Shown: in pieces, positions 12,450 to 23,874 of the stretch | Position numbering within the stretch: position 1 is the stretch's first letter | How the letters are laid out: each line of letters starts with the position of its first letter | Source of the DNA: Felis catus | Taxonomy: Eukaryota | Direction: 5' to 3' | Assembly (NCBI RefSeq): GCF_018350175.1 | Contig: NC_058368.1 | Coordinates: forward strand, 113,214,001 to 113,278,000 | Length of the DNA: 64,000 nucleotides | The notes under the pieces: generated by a model | Told to the model about the DNA's origin: nothing | What the model saw: the letters and a program-made list of their open reading frames with translations, nothing else | The model's database searches: none | Position numbers and translations under genes: made by a program

Positions 12450-14000
12450 CTATGAACCCCAGTGATTTCTTTTGTGTAAAGTGTATTTGGTCTGAGACTA
12501 ACATAGCTATAACAAAACCTTGATTTGCATTTGTTTGATACAAATTTTTCTGTCATTTTTCCTTTCATTTTTTTTCTAAACTCTTCTGTTTTTAGATATA
12601 TCTTCTATATATCAGGTGCCTCAATCTTAATTTTTAGTTTCTAATAGTCTCTATTTTAAATAGAGAGTGTAGCCCATGTATACTGACTATGACTACTGAT
12701 ATATTTGGATTATTTTCTTGCTACCTTATTTTTTTTCTTTTTATAAATTTCTTAGTATTACACATTTTTCCTTTAAATCTCCTTCCATACTTTGCCTTCA
12801 ACTAATTTGGCTGTTATATATTCTGGTACAGTTCTTATAGTGAATGTGCAGGAAATTTTAAAATTTTATGTCTAAATTTAATAAATATGTATTCTTCACC
12901 TCACATGGAACAAGGGGCTTAGAATGTTTTAAATCTGATCGTTCCAATCTTGACCTATATGCTTTTGCATTCAAGAATATTAATTCTCAATTGGCTTTAA
13001 TAGTCCTACAGATAAGAGAGTAAAGCTTTTGTTTTGCACAATAAATGTTAGTTTAAATTAGCCCATGTTTACCATTTTCTGTGCTTGCGCATTCCCTTTT
13101 CTATCTCAGACCTTCCTGATAGGATAATTTTCTTTCTTGCTGAAGCACATATTTTAGAAGTTATTTCAGTGGAAGTCTGCAGACTCTCCATTTTTGTCCA
13201 ACAATATCTGTATTTTGCACTTGTTCTTGAAAGATAGTTTTCCTGAGTTTCAATTCCAGGTTGACTATTATTTTTCTCTGGGTGCTTTATAGATACCATT
13301 CAATTTTCTTTTGTCTTAAACTGTCGCTCTTTATAATACAACTATCAGTTGAATTCAGTGGTTTTCAAAGGGCTGCCTCTAGACCAACAGCATTTATAAT
13401 GCTTTGGAGATTATTAGAAATATATTTCTTCAGCTTTATTCCAGACCTACTGAATCTACACTCTGCAGCTGAATCTCAGGAATGCGTGTTTTAAAAAGTC
13501 CTACATGTGATTCTGATGCATAGTAAATTTTGAGACCCACTGATATAATTGTTACTCTTTTGAAGGGGAAAGTGAATTCATCATTTATTTATCATTATTT
13601 TTAAGGTTTATTTCTTTGTCTTTGGTGTTCTCTAGATTATGACGAGTCTAGGAATTTATTTATTTTGATTAAGATTTCCTGGGCTTCCTGAATTGAGGGA
13701 TTCATGGTTCCATTGGTCTTGGAAAATTATAACCTGTTATCTCTTTAAATATTCCTTATACCCTTTTTTCTCTACTTACTATGTTCGTCTGGAACTTCAA
13801 TTAGACTTCTTTTGGAACTTCCACCTTACACTATATGTTTTTAACTCATTTCCCCTATCTTAGGTATCTTTGTGACCTTTACTGTATTTGGGATAATTTC
13901 TTGAGGTATGCACCAAAGATGTGTATTTGTTTCTGATAGAGGCACTTTAAGTGTGATTTACATCTTGGGTTTTCGAACGACATAGGTAACATGAATTGTG
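12450..14000 (-). mobile_element. Ancient L1M ORF1/inter-ORF remnant
   Basis: Degenerate antisense L1 motifs continuing the old element left of 6512. Confidence 0.5.
13356..13542 (+). mobile_element. MER5A (hAT-Charlie MITE)
   Basis: cagtggttttcaaag...ccagacctactgaatc...tttgagacccactg terminal inverted repeats. Confidence 0.85.
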
Positions 14001-16829
14001 CCCTCAAACCCATATGAATTCAGATTGTGTTAGAAATTCTCATAGGAGTTTTTTTTCCTCCATCTCCTCCTCCTCCTCATTCTGCTTCATAGTGAGCCAG
14101 GGTCAACACTTGTATTCGTATCCTACACCCTAAATTTCTTGCATTGGTTTTCTTAACAAACCCATCCACTGAGGTCATTGCCTTTTGAGGGTCTTGGCTT
14201 TCCTGGAGATTCTGAGCTTAACTCATCTTGATGAGGCCTAGTCTTTCTCTTTTATCTCCTGTACCCATAGACGGTAAAAACACTGCCAGAGATCATCAAA
14301 AGATGAGCAAAAGCTAGCTTCTGGTATGAGTTTAACCTGTGGATTTTGGCTTTGTTTTTTTTCCTTTTCTGCCAATTAAGGAATTAATGTATTGATCAAT
14401 TTATGATCAATGATGGCTTGATAGCTCAACTGTCAGGAGAGTAATTAATTTTATTCGGTATTTTGTGAAATACTGTATATACTAAGAGCGTTTTCTCTGG
14501 GTGTCTTCTCAGCCTTCTTACCACACATTGAGATCACTTCAATTGCTTATTCTAACTCCTCTTCTCAGTATCTATATTCTTAATTGAGTCTCCTGGACCT
14601 ATTGGCCCTGTGGGTCTGGGCACTCAGCGGATAATTTGGAGAATTCATTTGCTCATAGGCTTAGGAACTCAGATGGTAATCGTGTTCAAATGGCCTACAT
14701 GGCCTGTAGGAGTTTTGTCCAAAAGATCCAAAGCCTGGCTTCCCCAGAGTGTCCTGGCTGGAGATAAACTGGCAGCCAACTTGTAGGAGATGGCCTTTTG
14801 GGGGCCATGCCCCCCTCATTCTCCCTTCTATCTCAGCTCAGAAGGGGCAAGCCCAAATGTGTCACTGAACCACAGACAATACAGGCTACAAGTCAGTAAT
14901 GGTGGATTGGGGGCAGCAACACATTGGGTCTAAATCTAGTAATTATAGTACCCACAGATGTGGCCCCACGGTTTAGAAATTCTCTCTGCTCTGTATGTCA
15001 CAGACTCTAGAGTGGGAAAAAAAAAAAAGAACACAATGAATACAGTACAAAATAGGGGCACAGAAAATATTTTTTCAAATGCATGAGTTGACAGTGATAT
15101 CCCAGAGCTTTGGGACCTTAACTGGAGGTTCCAGTCCAGGATCGGCCTCCGCTTTTTATTCTTTTTCATAGTTCTTTCAAGATGGGTTTTGCAAATTGCA
15201 GAAAGATAGACTTGGTACTTGCTGTTAGGAGCTTATGGTGTATTTGGTTCATTCCCCAAGTATGCATCAGCCAAAAGGCCTAGGACTGTGTTTTGGGGGT
15301 CGATGGAGAAATGACCCCTTCTGATGGTTTAAAGGAACCATACGAGATGGGTAGTATATCACCTGAAAGATGTCAGGAGTAGACAAGTATAGAGATGGGA
15401 AGAGGTGTAAGTATTCCAGAAACAGAGAAAACTACTCTAGGCTACAAGTACAGCAGGTTGAGGGAGAAAGGATCAATATGGAAAAGGGGGTCAGGGCTCA
15501 CAGTGCTGGTACATTGAAGGGAAGTTGTGCAGTTTAAGTATTATGTATTTAGCAAATGGGAACCACGGACTTTTGACCAAAAATGATGCAGAATATTTTC
15601 ATGTTAAATCCGTAGACAGGCCCGATATTTATGTTGGGGTAGGAGGGTTTCAGGTCAACCCTAGAATTCTCCTGGGAGTCGATTGGTACAGTTGGTTTCA
15701 GATGAGGAGGGACTGTCTTGTGTCAGGAGTGGATGGCTGTCCCCCTTGGCCAGCTGGCTGTGACATTATGTACTGTTATTACATGAAATGTGATTCTGGA
15801 GAGTAGCTTCATTGCTGTTGGTTAACATTAGTCAGATCCTAAATCCTGGCTTGGTGCTCATCCAAAGTGCTAAGATCCTTTGTTGGGGAACTATTTGTTA
15901 AAGTATAAAACGACTCAGGAATTATTCTGCACAAAATGTCAAGTGGCAGAATAAATAACCATTCCCCTCATTAATCCCTATGGGCAGCGTCTGTTTGAGA
16001 GCTTGGCTTTTCCATAATGAAAATATGTCAGCCCTGAATATATATTTGCGCTATTGAGACTGAACAGTGAAATGAAATGAATTCTCCACTCAGCCGCAAG
16101 TGAAATATGGCAGTTTGTGGTGAACGAGGCGCCGCGTGCTGTAAAGTTGAGATCTGGACTCGAAGAAACCACAGGGAGCTCAGATCAAGTGGGAGAGGGG
16201 AAGGCAGCGTGTGATTCAAGTGTGAAGCAATCCCAAGCAAAATTCATCTTAATCCACCGCATTTAAAAGAGAACGCTCTGCCACACAGTACAGAAATATG
16301 TGTAAGAAATATGTGAGGCTTTGTTGTCCTTGAAGCCACAGGAATCAGAAAGACCAGGGGTGAGGGCCGGATATGCAGGAATGGTGAGACACATGAAGAT
16401 GCCAGTGAGTACAGAGTCCTGAGGCCTCAGAGACCGGCCTGCCCAGCCCATTTGTTGTGCAGGTGCGAAAGCTGAGGCCCAGAAAGAAAGAGGCCTACCT
16501 AAGCAATCACCGTGAGCCAGTGAAATTCTTCATTCACAATAGCCTGCACTGGGACTAGCCTGTTCCCGCCACACTGAGCCCAGGCTGCATAGCCCTCTCT
16601 CTGTCCTCTGCTCTAGCGTACAAATCATGAATTTGAGGCCAAGGACTGATCGCATCATCAGACAGCACTTCGTACCTGGTCGTTGTTCGTTGTTGCAAAC
16701 CGACGCATTGCCAGACCTTCTTCTGAGGTCCAGGGTGTCTATTTTGTGTGTGGGTGTGTGGTTTTTCCTTTTATTTTACCTAACTATCCGTATTTCGTTT
16801 TTAAACTGAGAGTACGCCGTCCAACATCG

Positions 16830-17045
16830 TAACAGTTGCGGACTTGGGCTTCCGAGAGAGCCCATCGTGAGTGCAAATCCTCACTCTGCCATCTGCTGGC
16901 TGTGTGACTTTAGGGAAGCTGCTTGACCTCTCTGTGAAGTAGAAAGAGTCATTATATCGACCTACAGAACTGTTGTAAGGCTTGTCTGAGATAAAAAGGG
17001 ATATAGGTTAACGGCTCATACCAGGCACCTCATGATAAGCTGTAA
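16830..17045 (+). mobile_element. MIR
   Basis: Core caaatcctcactctgccat...gctgtgtgactttagggaagctgcttgacctctctgtg. Confidence 0.7.
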
Positions 17046-17699
17046 TGTGCAGAGGTTGAACTACCTGTGTTTGAGACGCACAGCTCTGTGTTTGGACGTT
17101 ACTGCTCTTCTTAGCTTGTAAAGATGGTTCCAGTCAGCTTTCTTCTAGTGGGAGACGAATGTGAGCTGGTGAGGAGACTTCAGTTGCTATCCTCATTGAG
17201 TTTTGAAAATGAGCACAGATGACTAAAAGCTGAGGAGAAACTGCTGAGAGTCCTAGATTCAAAAGCCACAGCAACAGTATTGCTCAGGTCTCTATTTTAA
17301 GAACCAACCAAAATTTCCATAAGCTCTGGTCTCAGATTTTAATTAGGTTCATTGTTTCTTTTGCCGGAATGTGATTAGTACTACAGGTTTTAGAAATTAA
17401 GCTTAGGTTTACATGAATAGAGTTCATGAATAGGTTCACATGAATCGTGAAAAATAAGCAGGAAGAAAACACTCTTATATAATCAAATGATCCCTAAGGC
17501 TTTTTTTTTTTTTTTTAAGAGAGAAAGGAAAATGGTGAATGGAATAGTGAAAACAGGAATACCAGGAAAAGAGGATAGTCTTCTGGTTTGGGAGAACATG
17601 CCTTAACAGCTATGTAGAGTCTCAAGACCTGTGGTTGATAAGATATGCAAATCATTATTTGGTATCCGATTTACCATCCGAATTTGTAATCCTCAAACC

Positions 17700-18018
17700 T
17701 GTGAGCAGTGGAACTCACTGACATGATGGATTTGTGATCAGTAGTCCTACACAAGCCCACATGTTACAGGGTTCCATTTATATGAAATATTCAGAAACGG
17801 CAAATAAATTTCTAGACACAGAAAATACTTTGGTGATTTGCCCGGGCTCAGGGAGGGAGAGAAGAAGGAGCGATAGCTGGGCATGAGGTTTCATGTCAGT
17901 GTCCTGAAATTAGACACGATACGGTCGACAGCTCGATAAATTTAATGAAAGTCACACTTAAAATGGATAAATTTTATGCTAAGTAAATTATACCTCAATG
18001 AAGCTGCTGAAAAAAAAT
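17700..18018 (+). mobile_element. L1M 3' end fragment
   Basis: ttccatttatatgaaatattcaga...gtaaattatacctcaatgaagctg followed by an A-run. Confidence 0.7.
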
Positions 18019-18060
18019 CAGCTTGTATGAATTGATGGAAAAAGTCAACCTTTGTGAAGG

Positions 18061-18286
18061 TTTTTTTTTTTTTAATTTTTTTTCAACGTTTATTTATTTT
18101 TGGGACAGAGAGAGACAGAGCATGAACGGGGGAGGGGCAGAGAGAGAGGGAGACACAGAATCGGAAACAGGCTCCAGGCTCTGAGCCATCAGCCCAGAGC
18201 CCGACGCGGGGCTCGAACTCCCGGACCGGGAGATCGTGACCTGGCTGAAGTCGGACGCTTAACCGACTGCGCCACCCAGGCGCCCC
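18061..18286 (-). mobile_element. Young Can-SINE (SINEC_Fc type)
   Basis: Perfect TSD aacctttgtgaagg at 18047-18060 and 18287-18300; CpGs retained. Confidence 0.96.
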
Positions 18287-18452
18287 AACCTTTGTGAAGG
18301 TATTGATCAAATGTCATCTTTTCTGTGAGGTCTCTTCTGTTTTGTTTTGTTTTGTTTTGTTTTTTTAAAAATCTTTCCAGGCAGAATTAACTCATCAGTA
18401 TGTTTTTGTTCCCATTACCATGGGAATAAGAGAAAGATAAGACATCTCTTAG

Positions 18453-18669
18453 TTTTTTTTTTAATGTTTATTCATTTTTGAGAGAGAGAGAGAGAGGGGG
18501 AGACCGACCACAAGTGGGGGAGGGGCAGAGAGAAGGGGACAGAGGATCCTAAGCAAAGCCGGCTGTGCACTGATGGCACTGAGCCCGATGTGAGCCTTGA
18601 ACTCACAAACTCGGGAGATGAGCTGAGCCCAAGTTGGCCACTCAACCGACTGAGCCACCCAGGCACCCC
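18453..18669 (-). mobile_element. Older Can-SINE
   Basis: Diverged full-length copy. Confidence 0.88.
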
Positions 18670-20489
18670 TCTTGCTTTTTTTGATGTCAAATATATAACA
18701 TTTAAACATAATTTTACATATAAAATTTAAACATAAAATTTAGCGTTTTAACCATTTTTAAGAGTACCATTTAGTGGAACTAAGTATATTCACACTGTTT
18801 TGCAACCATCACCACCACCTTTCATCTCTAGAACTTTTTCATCATCCCATACTGAAACTCTTTTTCCATTAAGCCCTCAATTCCTATTTCCCCTGCCCCT
18901 AGTCCCTGGTAACCTGTAGTCTACTTTCTCTACGAATTTGACTATTCTAGGTACCTCCTATAAGTGGACTCATATAATATTTATATTTTCATGTTTGGCT
19001 TATTTCGCGTAGCGTAACGTTTTCAAGATCCGTCTAAGTTGTAGCATGTATCAGAATTTCCACATGTTCTTAATCCACTCATCTACTGATGGATATTTGG
19101 ATTATAATCATCTTTTGCCTATTGTGAAGAATGCTGTCATGAATATTGCTGTACAATCCAATCAGCTGTTCAAATCTCTTGTTGCTATTTTGGGGGCATA
19201 TACCTAGGAGCGAAATTTCTGGATCATATGGTAACGCTGTGTTGAATTTTTTGAGGAACCGCTATACCGTCTTCCGCAGTGGCTGCCACATTTTATATTC
19301 CTGCCTTCCACTTTCTTTACCTTCTGGCCAAAACATGTATTACCGTTTTTATTATGGCCCTCCTTAATGGTACGAAATGGTATGTGTCACTGTGGTTTTG
19401 ACTCGGATTTCCCTAATGATTAGATGTTGAGCAGCTTTTTATGTGTATATGGGTCATTAGGATGTATTCTTTGGAAATGAATACTGCACATGTTCTTTGG
19501 GAATATGGCTATTTGTTTTGCCCATTGTATAATTGGGTCCTTTTTTGTTGTTGTTGAAATGTAGGTGCTCTTCATATATTTTGGACGTTAATCCCTTAGA
19601 TATGATGGCAAATATTTTTCCCATTGCATGGGTTGCCTTTTGACTTTGTTGATAGTGTCACTCAGTAGCACAAATGGTTTCTGCCTTTTGGTGTCATATT
19701 CAAAAAGTCATTGCCAAATCCATTGTCATGAAGCTTACCTGTTCTGTTTTCTGTCAAGAATTACATGGTTCTTGCTCCTAAATTTAGGTATTTGATCTAT
19801 TTTGAGACAAGACTTTATGTCTCAGAAAAAGAACCCAACTTTATTCTTTCATAACTAGATGTCCACTTTTCCCAGCACCATTTTGTTGAAAAGACTGTTT
19901 TTTCCCCATTGAATAATATTGGCATCCTCGCTGAAAATCATTTAATCATGTATGCAAGGGTTTATTTCTGGGCTTTGTATTCTATTCCATTTTTCTCTAT
20001 ATCTGTCTTTATAATGGTATCACATTATTTTGATTACCATGGCTTTTGCTACATTTTTATATCAGAAAGTATAAGTCCCGCTTGTTTCTTTTTCAAGATT
20101 GTTGTGGCTAATCAGAGTCTCTTGAGATTCCATACAAATTTTGGGATACATGTATCTTTTTCTGGAAAAAAAAAAAACTTACCATCTGGGAGCTTGGTAT
20201 GGATTGTTTTGAATCTCTAGGTCACTTTGGGTAACAGTGACATCTTAACTGTATTAAGTCCTCTAATCCATGAACCCTGGATGTTTATCCATTTATTTAT
20301 GTCTTCTTTAATTTAGGAGTGTTTTGCAGTTTTAGTGTGCATGTCTTTCCTCTTTGGATAAGTTCAATCCTACGTATTTTATTCTTTTTGATGCTATTAT
20401 AGGTGAAATTGCTGTCTTAATTTCCTTTCCAAATTGTTCACTGTGTATAGAAACACAGCTGAGTTTTGTGGGTTGATTTTTGTTGTGTT

Positions 20490-20670
20490 TTTTCTTAACT
20501 TTATTCATTTATTTAGAGACAGTGAGTGAGCATGAATGGGGGAGGGACAGAGACAGAAGGAGAGAGAGAGATTCCCAAGCAAGTACCACACTGTTAGCGC
20601 AGAGCCTGATGTCGGGATCGAACTCAGAACCATGAGGTCACGACCTGAGACTGAGCCACCCAGGCACCCC
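20490..20670 (-). mobile_element. Older, partially deleted Can-SINE
   Basis: gactgagccacccaggcacccc head. Confidence 0.8.
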
Positions 20671-21484
20671 TGTGAGTTGATTTTGTATTCTACAATTTTG
20701 TTGAATTATTTTATTCTAAACTTTCCCTGTGGAAACTCTGGAGTTTTCTGCACTTAAGATCATGTCATCTGCAAACAGAATTTTACTTCTTTCTTTCCAG
20801 TTTAATTGTCTTAGTTTTTTTTTCTTGCCTAATTGTTCTGGCTAGTACTTCCAATAGTATGTTGACTAGGACTGGTGAAAGTTGACATCCTTGTTTTGTT
20901 TACGACCATAGGGGACAAGCTTTTTCATTCATCATTGAGTTTGATGTTAGCTATCGGATTTTCATACGTGGACTTTATTACATTGAGGTAGTTTCCTTCT
21001 GTTCTTAGTTTATGGACTGTGTTTATTTTAAAAAGTTAAATTTCATCAAATGTTTTATCTGCATGAGTTGAGATGATTGTGTGATTTTTTTTTCTTTCAT
21101 TCTGTTGATGTGGTACATTATGTTGATTGATTTTATGTGGTGAAACATCTTGCATTTAAGGGATAAATGGTTTGATCATGGCTTATAAATCTTTAATATA
21201 TTCCTGAATTTGGTTTTCTAATATTCTTTTGAGGATTTTTGCCTGAGAGACTGTAAGGAATATTGGTCTGTAGCTTTCTTGTAGTGTCTTTTTCTGGTTT
21301 TGGTATCAGGATAATGCTAACCTCATAGGTGGGCTAGGAAGTATTCCCTCCTCTTCACTTTTTTGGGAAGAATTTGCAAAGGACAGGTGTTAATTTTTCC
21401 TTAAATATTTGTTAGCATTTACCAGTGCACCAGTCTGGTCCAGAGATTTTATTTGTTGGGAGATTTTTGATGCCTTTACTTCTT

Positions 21485-21713
21485 TTTTTTTTTTTCTAAT
21501 TTTTTTTTTTCAACGTTTATTTATTTTTGGGACAGAGAGAGACAGAGCATGAACGGGGGAGGGTCAGAGAGAGAGGGAGACACAGAATCGGAAACAGGCT
21601 CCAGGCTCCGAGCCATCAGCCCAGAGCCTGACGCGGGGCTCGAACTCCCGGACCGCGAGATCGTGACCTGGCTGAAGTCGATCGCTTAACCGACTACGCC
21701 ACCCAGGCGCCCC
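21485..21713 (-). mobile_element. Young Can-SINE (SINEC_Fc type)
   Basis: Perfect 17-bp TSD tgatgcctttacttctt at 21468-21484 and 21714-21730. Confidence 0.96.
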
Positions 21714-22737
21714 TGATGCCTTTACTTCTTATAGGTTGATTCAGATTTTCTGTTTCTTCATGATTTGGTCTCGGGAGGTTGTGTGTTTCTAGGTATTTGT
21801 CCATTTCACCTAAGTTATTCAATTGTAGGCATACAATTGTTCATGACACTCTCTCATAGTACTTCTTATTTTTATGAAATCAGTAGTAATGTCCCCCACT
21901 TCTATTTGTAATTTTAGTAATTTGAGTCTTCTCTCTTTTTTTCTTAGTCAAATTAACTAAATGTTGTTAGTCACTTTTGTTAATCTTTTTGAAATGCTTT
22001 TGTTTCTGTTGATACTTTGTATTTCGTATTCTTTATTTATATCTGTTCTAATCTTTTATTTCCTTCCATTTGCTACCTTTAGGCTTACTTTGTTGTTCTT
22101 TTTATAGTTTCTTAACTTGTAAAGTTAGGTTGTCTATTTGAGATCTTTTAAAAAAAATAATCAACATTTGGAGCTATAAATTTGCACTCCTAGCATGGCT
22201 CTCTTTGCGCACTGTACATTTTGGTATATTTTCATTTTCATCTGCCTTTCCTTTGCAATTTTTTATTGGACTCATTGGTTGTTGAGGAGTGTGGTGTTTG
22301 AGTTCCACATTTTTTTTTTTTTAATTTTCTGGTTTTCTTTTTGCTACTGATTCCTATTTTCATTCTGTGTGATCAGGAAAGCTACTTAGTATGATTTCCT
22401 TCTTTTAAAGTATGTACAATTTGAAGTCTTAAAACAGTAAACCTAGTTTTACAGCCTCATATGTGGTCTGTCCTGGACCATGTTTATGTGCACTTAAGGA
22501 AAATGTGTATGTGTCTGTTAGGTCCAGTTAACTTAAAGTGTTGTACAAGTCCTCTCCTACTGATACGCTGTCTGTTTTTATCCATTATTGGAAGTGAGCT
22601 TCTGAGGTCTCTAGTTATTATAGAGCTGTATATTTCAACTTTCAGGGGTGCCAGTGTTTTTCATTTATTTTGGTGCTATGATTTTTGGCAAATATAGGTC
22701 TGTACTTGTTGGATGTTTTGGTGAATTAACCCTTATT

Positions 22738-23670
22738 AAAGGAGACTCAATCCCACTTTCTCTCCCAAGGAAATAAACTGGGGTCTGACTCATGGACACT
22801 GTCTCCAGCCCTCCAGATGGTTACAAACAGAGCAGGGGCAATTACTATTACCTAGCTGATAGAGGTAAAAGATCAGTAAAACACTGTGTCAGGCCTTTCA
22901 TTTAGGGAGGGATAAAACTTACCAAATGGCCCGAAGGATGTTCACTGGGAAAAATTTGTCATGGACAGTTCAGCAAGTAGTATCAGCCTGTGAAGTATGT
23001 CCTTAGAAACAATCCTTTCTGCCACAAACTTGCTCTCCCAGGCAATCAAGGAACTGAAGGCTATCCAGGGAAGACGGACGGTTAGGTTTCACTCGTATGC
23101 CAAGGTCAAAGGAATTCCAACATCTATTGGTATGGGTTGATACTTTTACTAATTGGGTAGAAGCCTTATCCTAAAAAAATAAGGTTCTCCCCTTAAGAAA
23201 TCTTTTATGGGCACCTTCCCCCCATTATCAAGGGCATAGGAGCGATCTAAATGAGATAGGCAGTCTCACCCTAAGGTAACAGATGCAGACCCTTGGCTCT
23301 ACCCTAACCACTTTACACCACTGGGTTAGGGAGCATTTATCTGTGATTCTGACCACAGACGCTCACCCCTTTAAACCAGGAGATGCTGTATGGGTAAAGG
23401 AATGGAATGTCCAACCCCTAAAACTCCTCTGGAGGGGCCTATTCTCTGTTACTTTGTCCAACCCTAGTGCAGTAAAGGTAGCCAAAGTGGGTCCCTAGAA
23501 TCACCACAACCAAGTGAAGTCAGCATCTCAAAACTAGGAGTGCATTTCTGATCCATCCATGCTGTGCAAAGTGACCGTTACGGAAGAAGCGGTCTACAAC
23601 TTTAGAGGCTCTGGGAGACTGCAGCCCAGCTTTAGTCACTCTGGAGGCTAATACACACGACAGAAGCTTG
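22738..23670 (+). pseudogene. ERV pol 3' remnant (integrase) with stops, frameshifts and an internal deletion
   Basis: QAFHLGRDKTYQMARRMFTGKNL...ACEVC; FTRMPRSKEFQHLLVWVDTFTNWVEA; RFSP*EIFYGHLPPIIK; FKPGDAVWVKEWNVQPLKLLWRGLFSVTLSNPSAVKVA (ORF 23283..23498). Confidence 0.9.
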
Positions 23671-23874
23671 ACGAATTGATGGTCTGATGGATCAAATAGA
23701 CTGTCCTTATTTTTTATACCCATTTCCTTACTGGGATGCACTGTCACCCCTTGTTTCCCACTGTTGTTGTGATTCTTGCTCTACTTTTTGCCATGGGATT
23801 GGCAGAGGCCGCCCCGGCTGGCTGGGAGTGTGGCAAGAGGTTTCTGTTACACTCGCCTTCCTTTGGTGGATAGG

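Larger units (their letters stand above)
18700..22737 (-). mobile_element. L1MB-like element (3' UTR and ORF2), ending abruptly at the ERV
   Basis: ttaaccatttttaagagtacc...gcaaccatcaccacc 3' end and continuous antisense ORF2 motifs; contains two SINEs. Confidence 0.85.
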
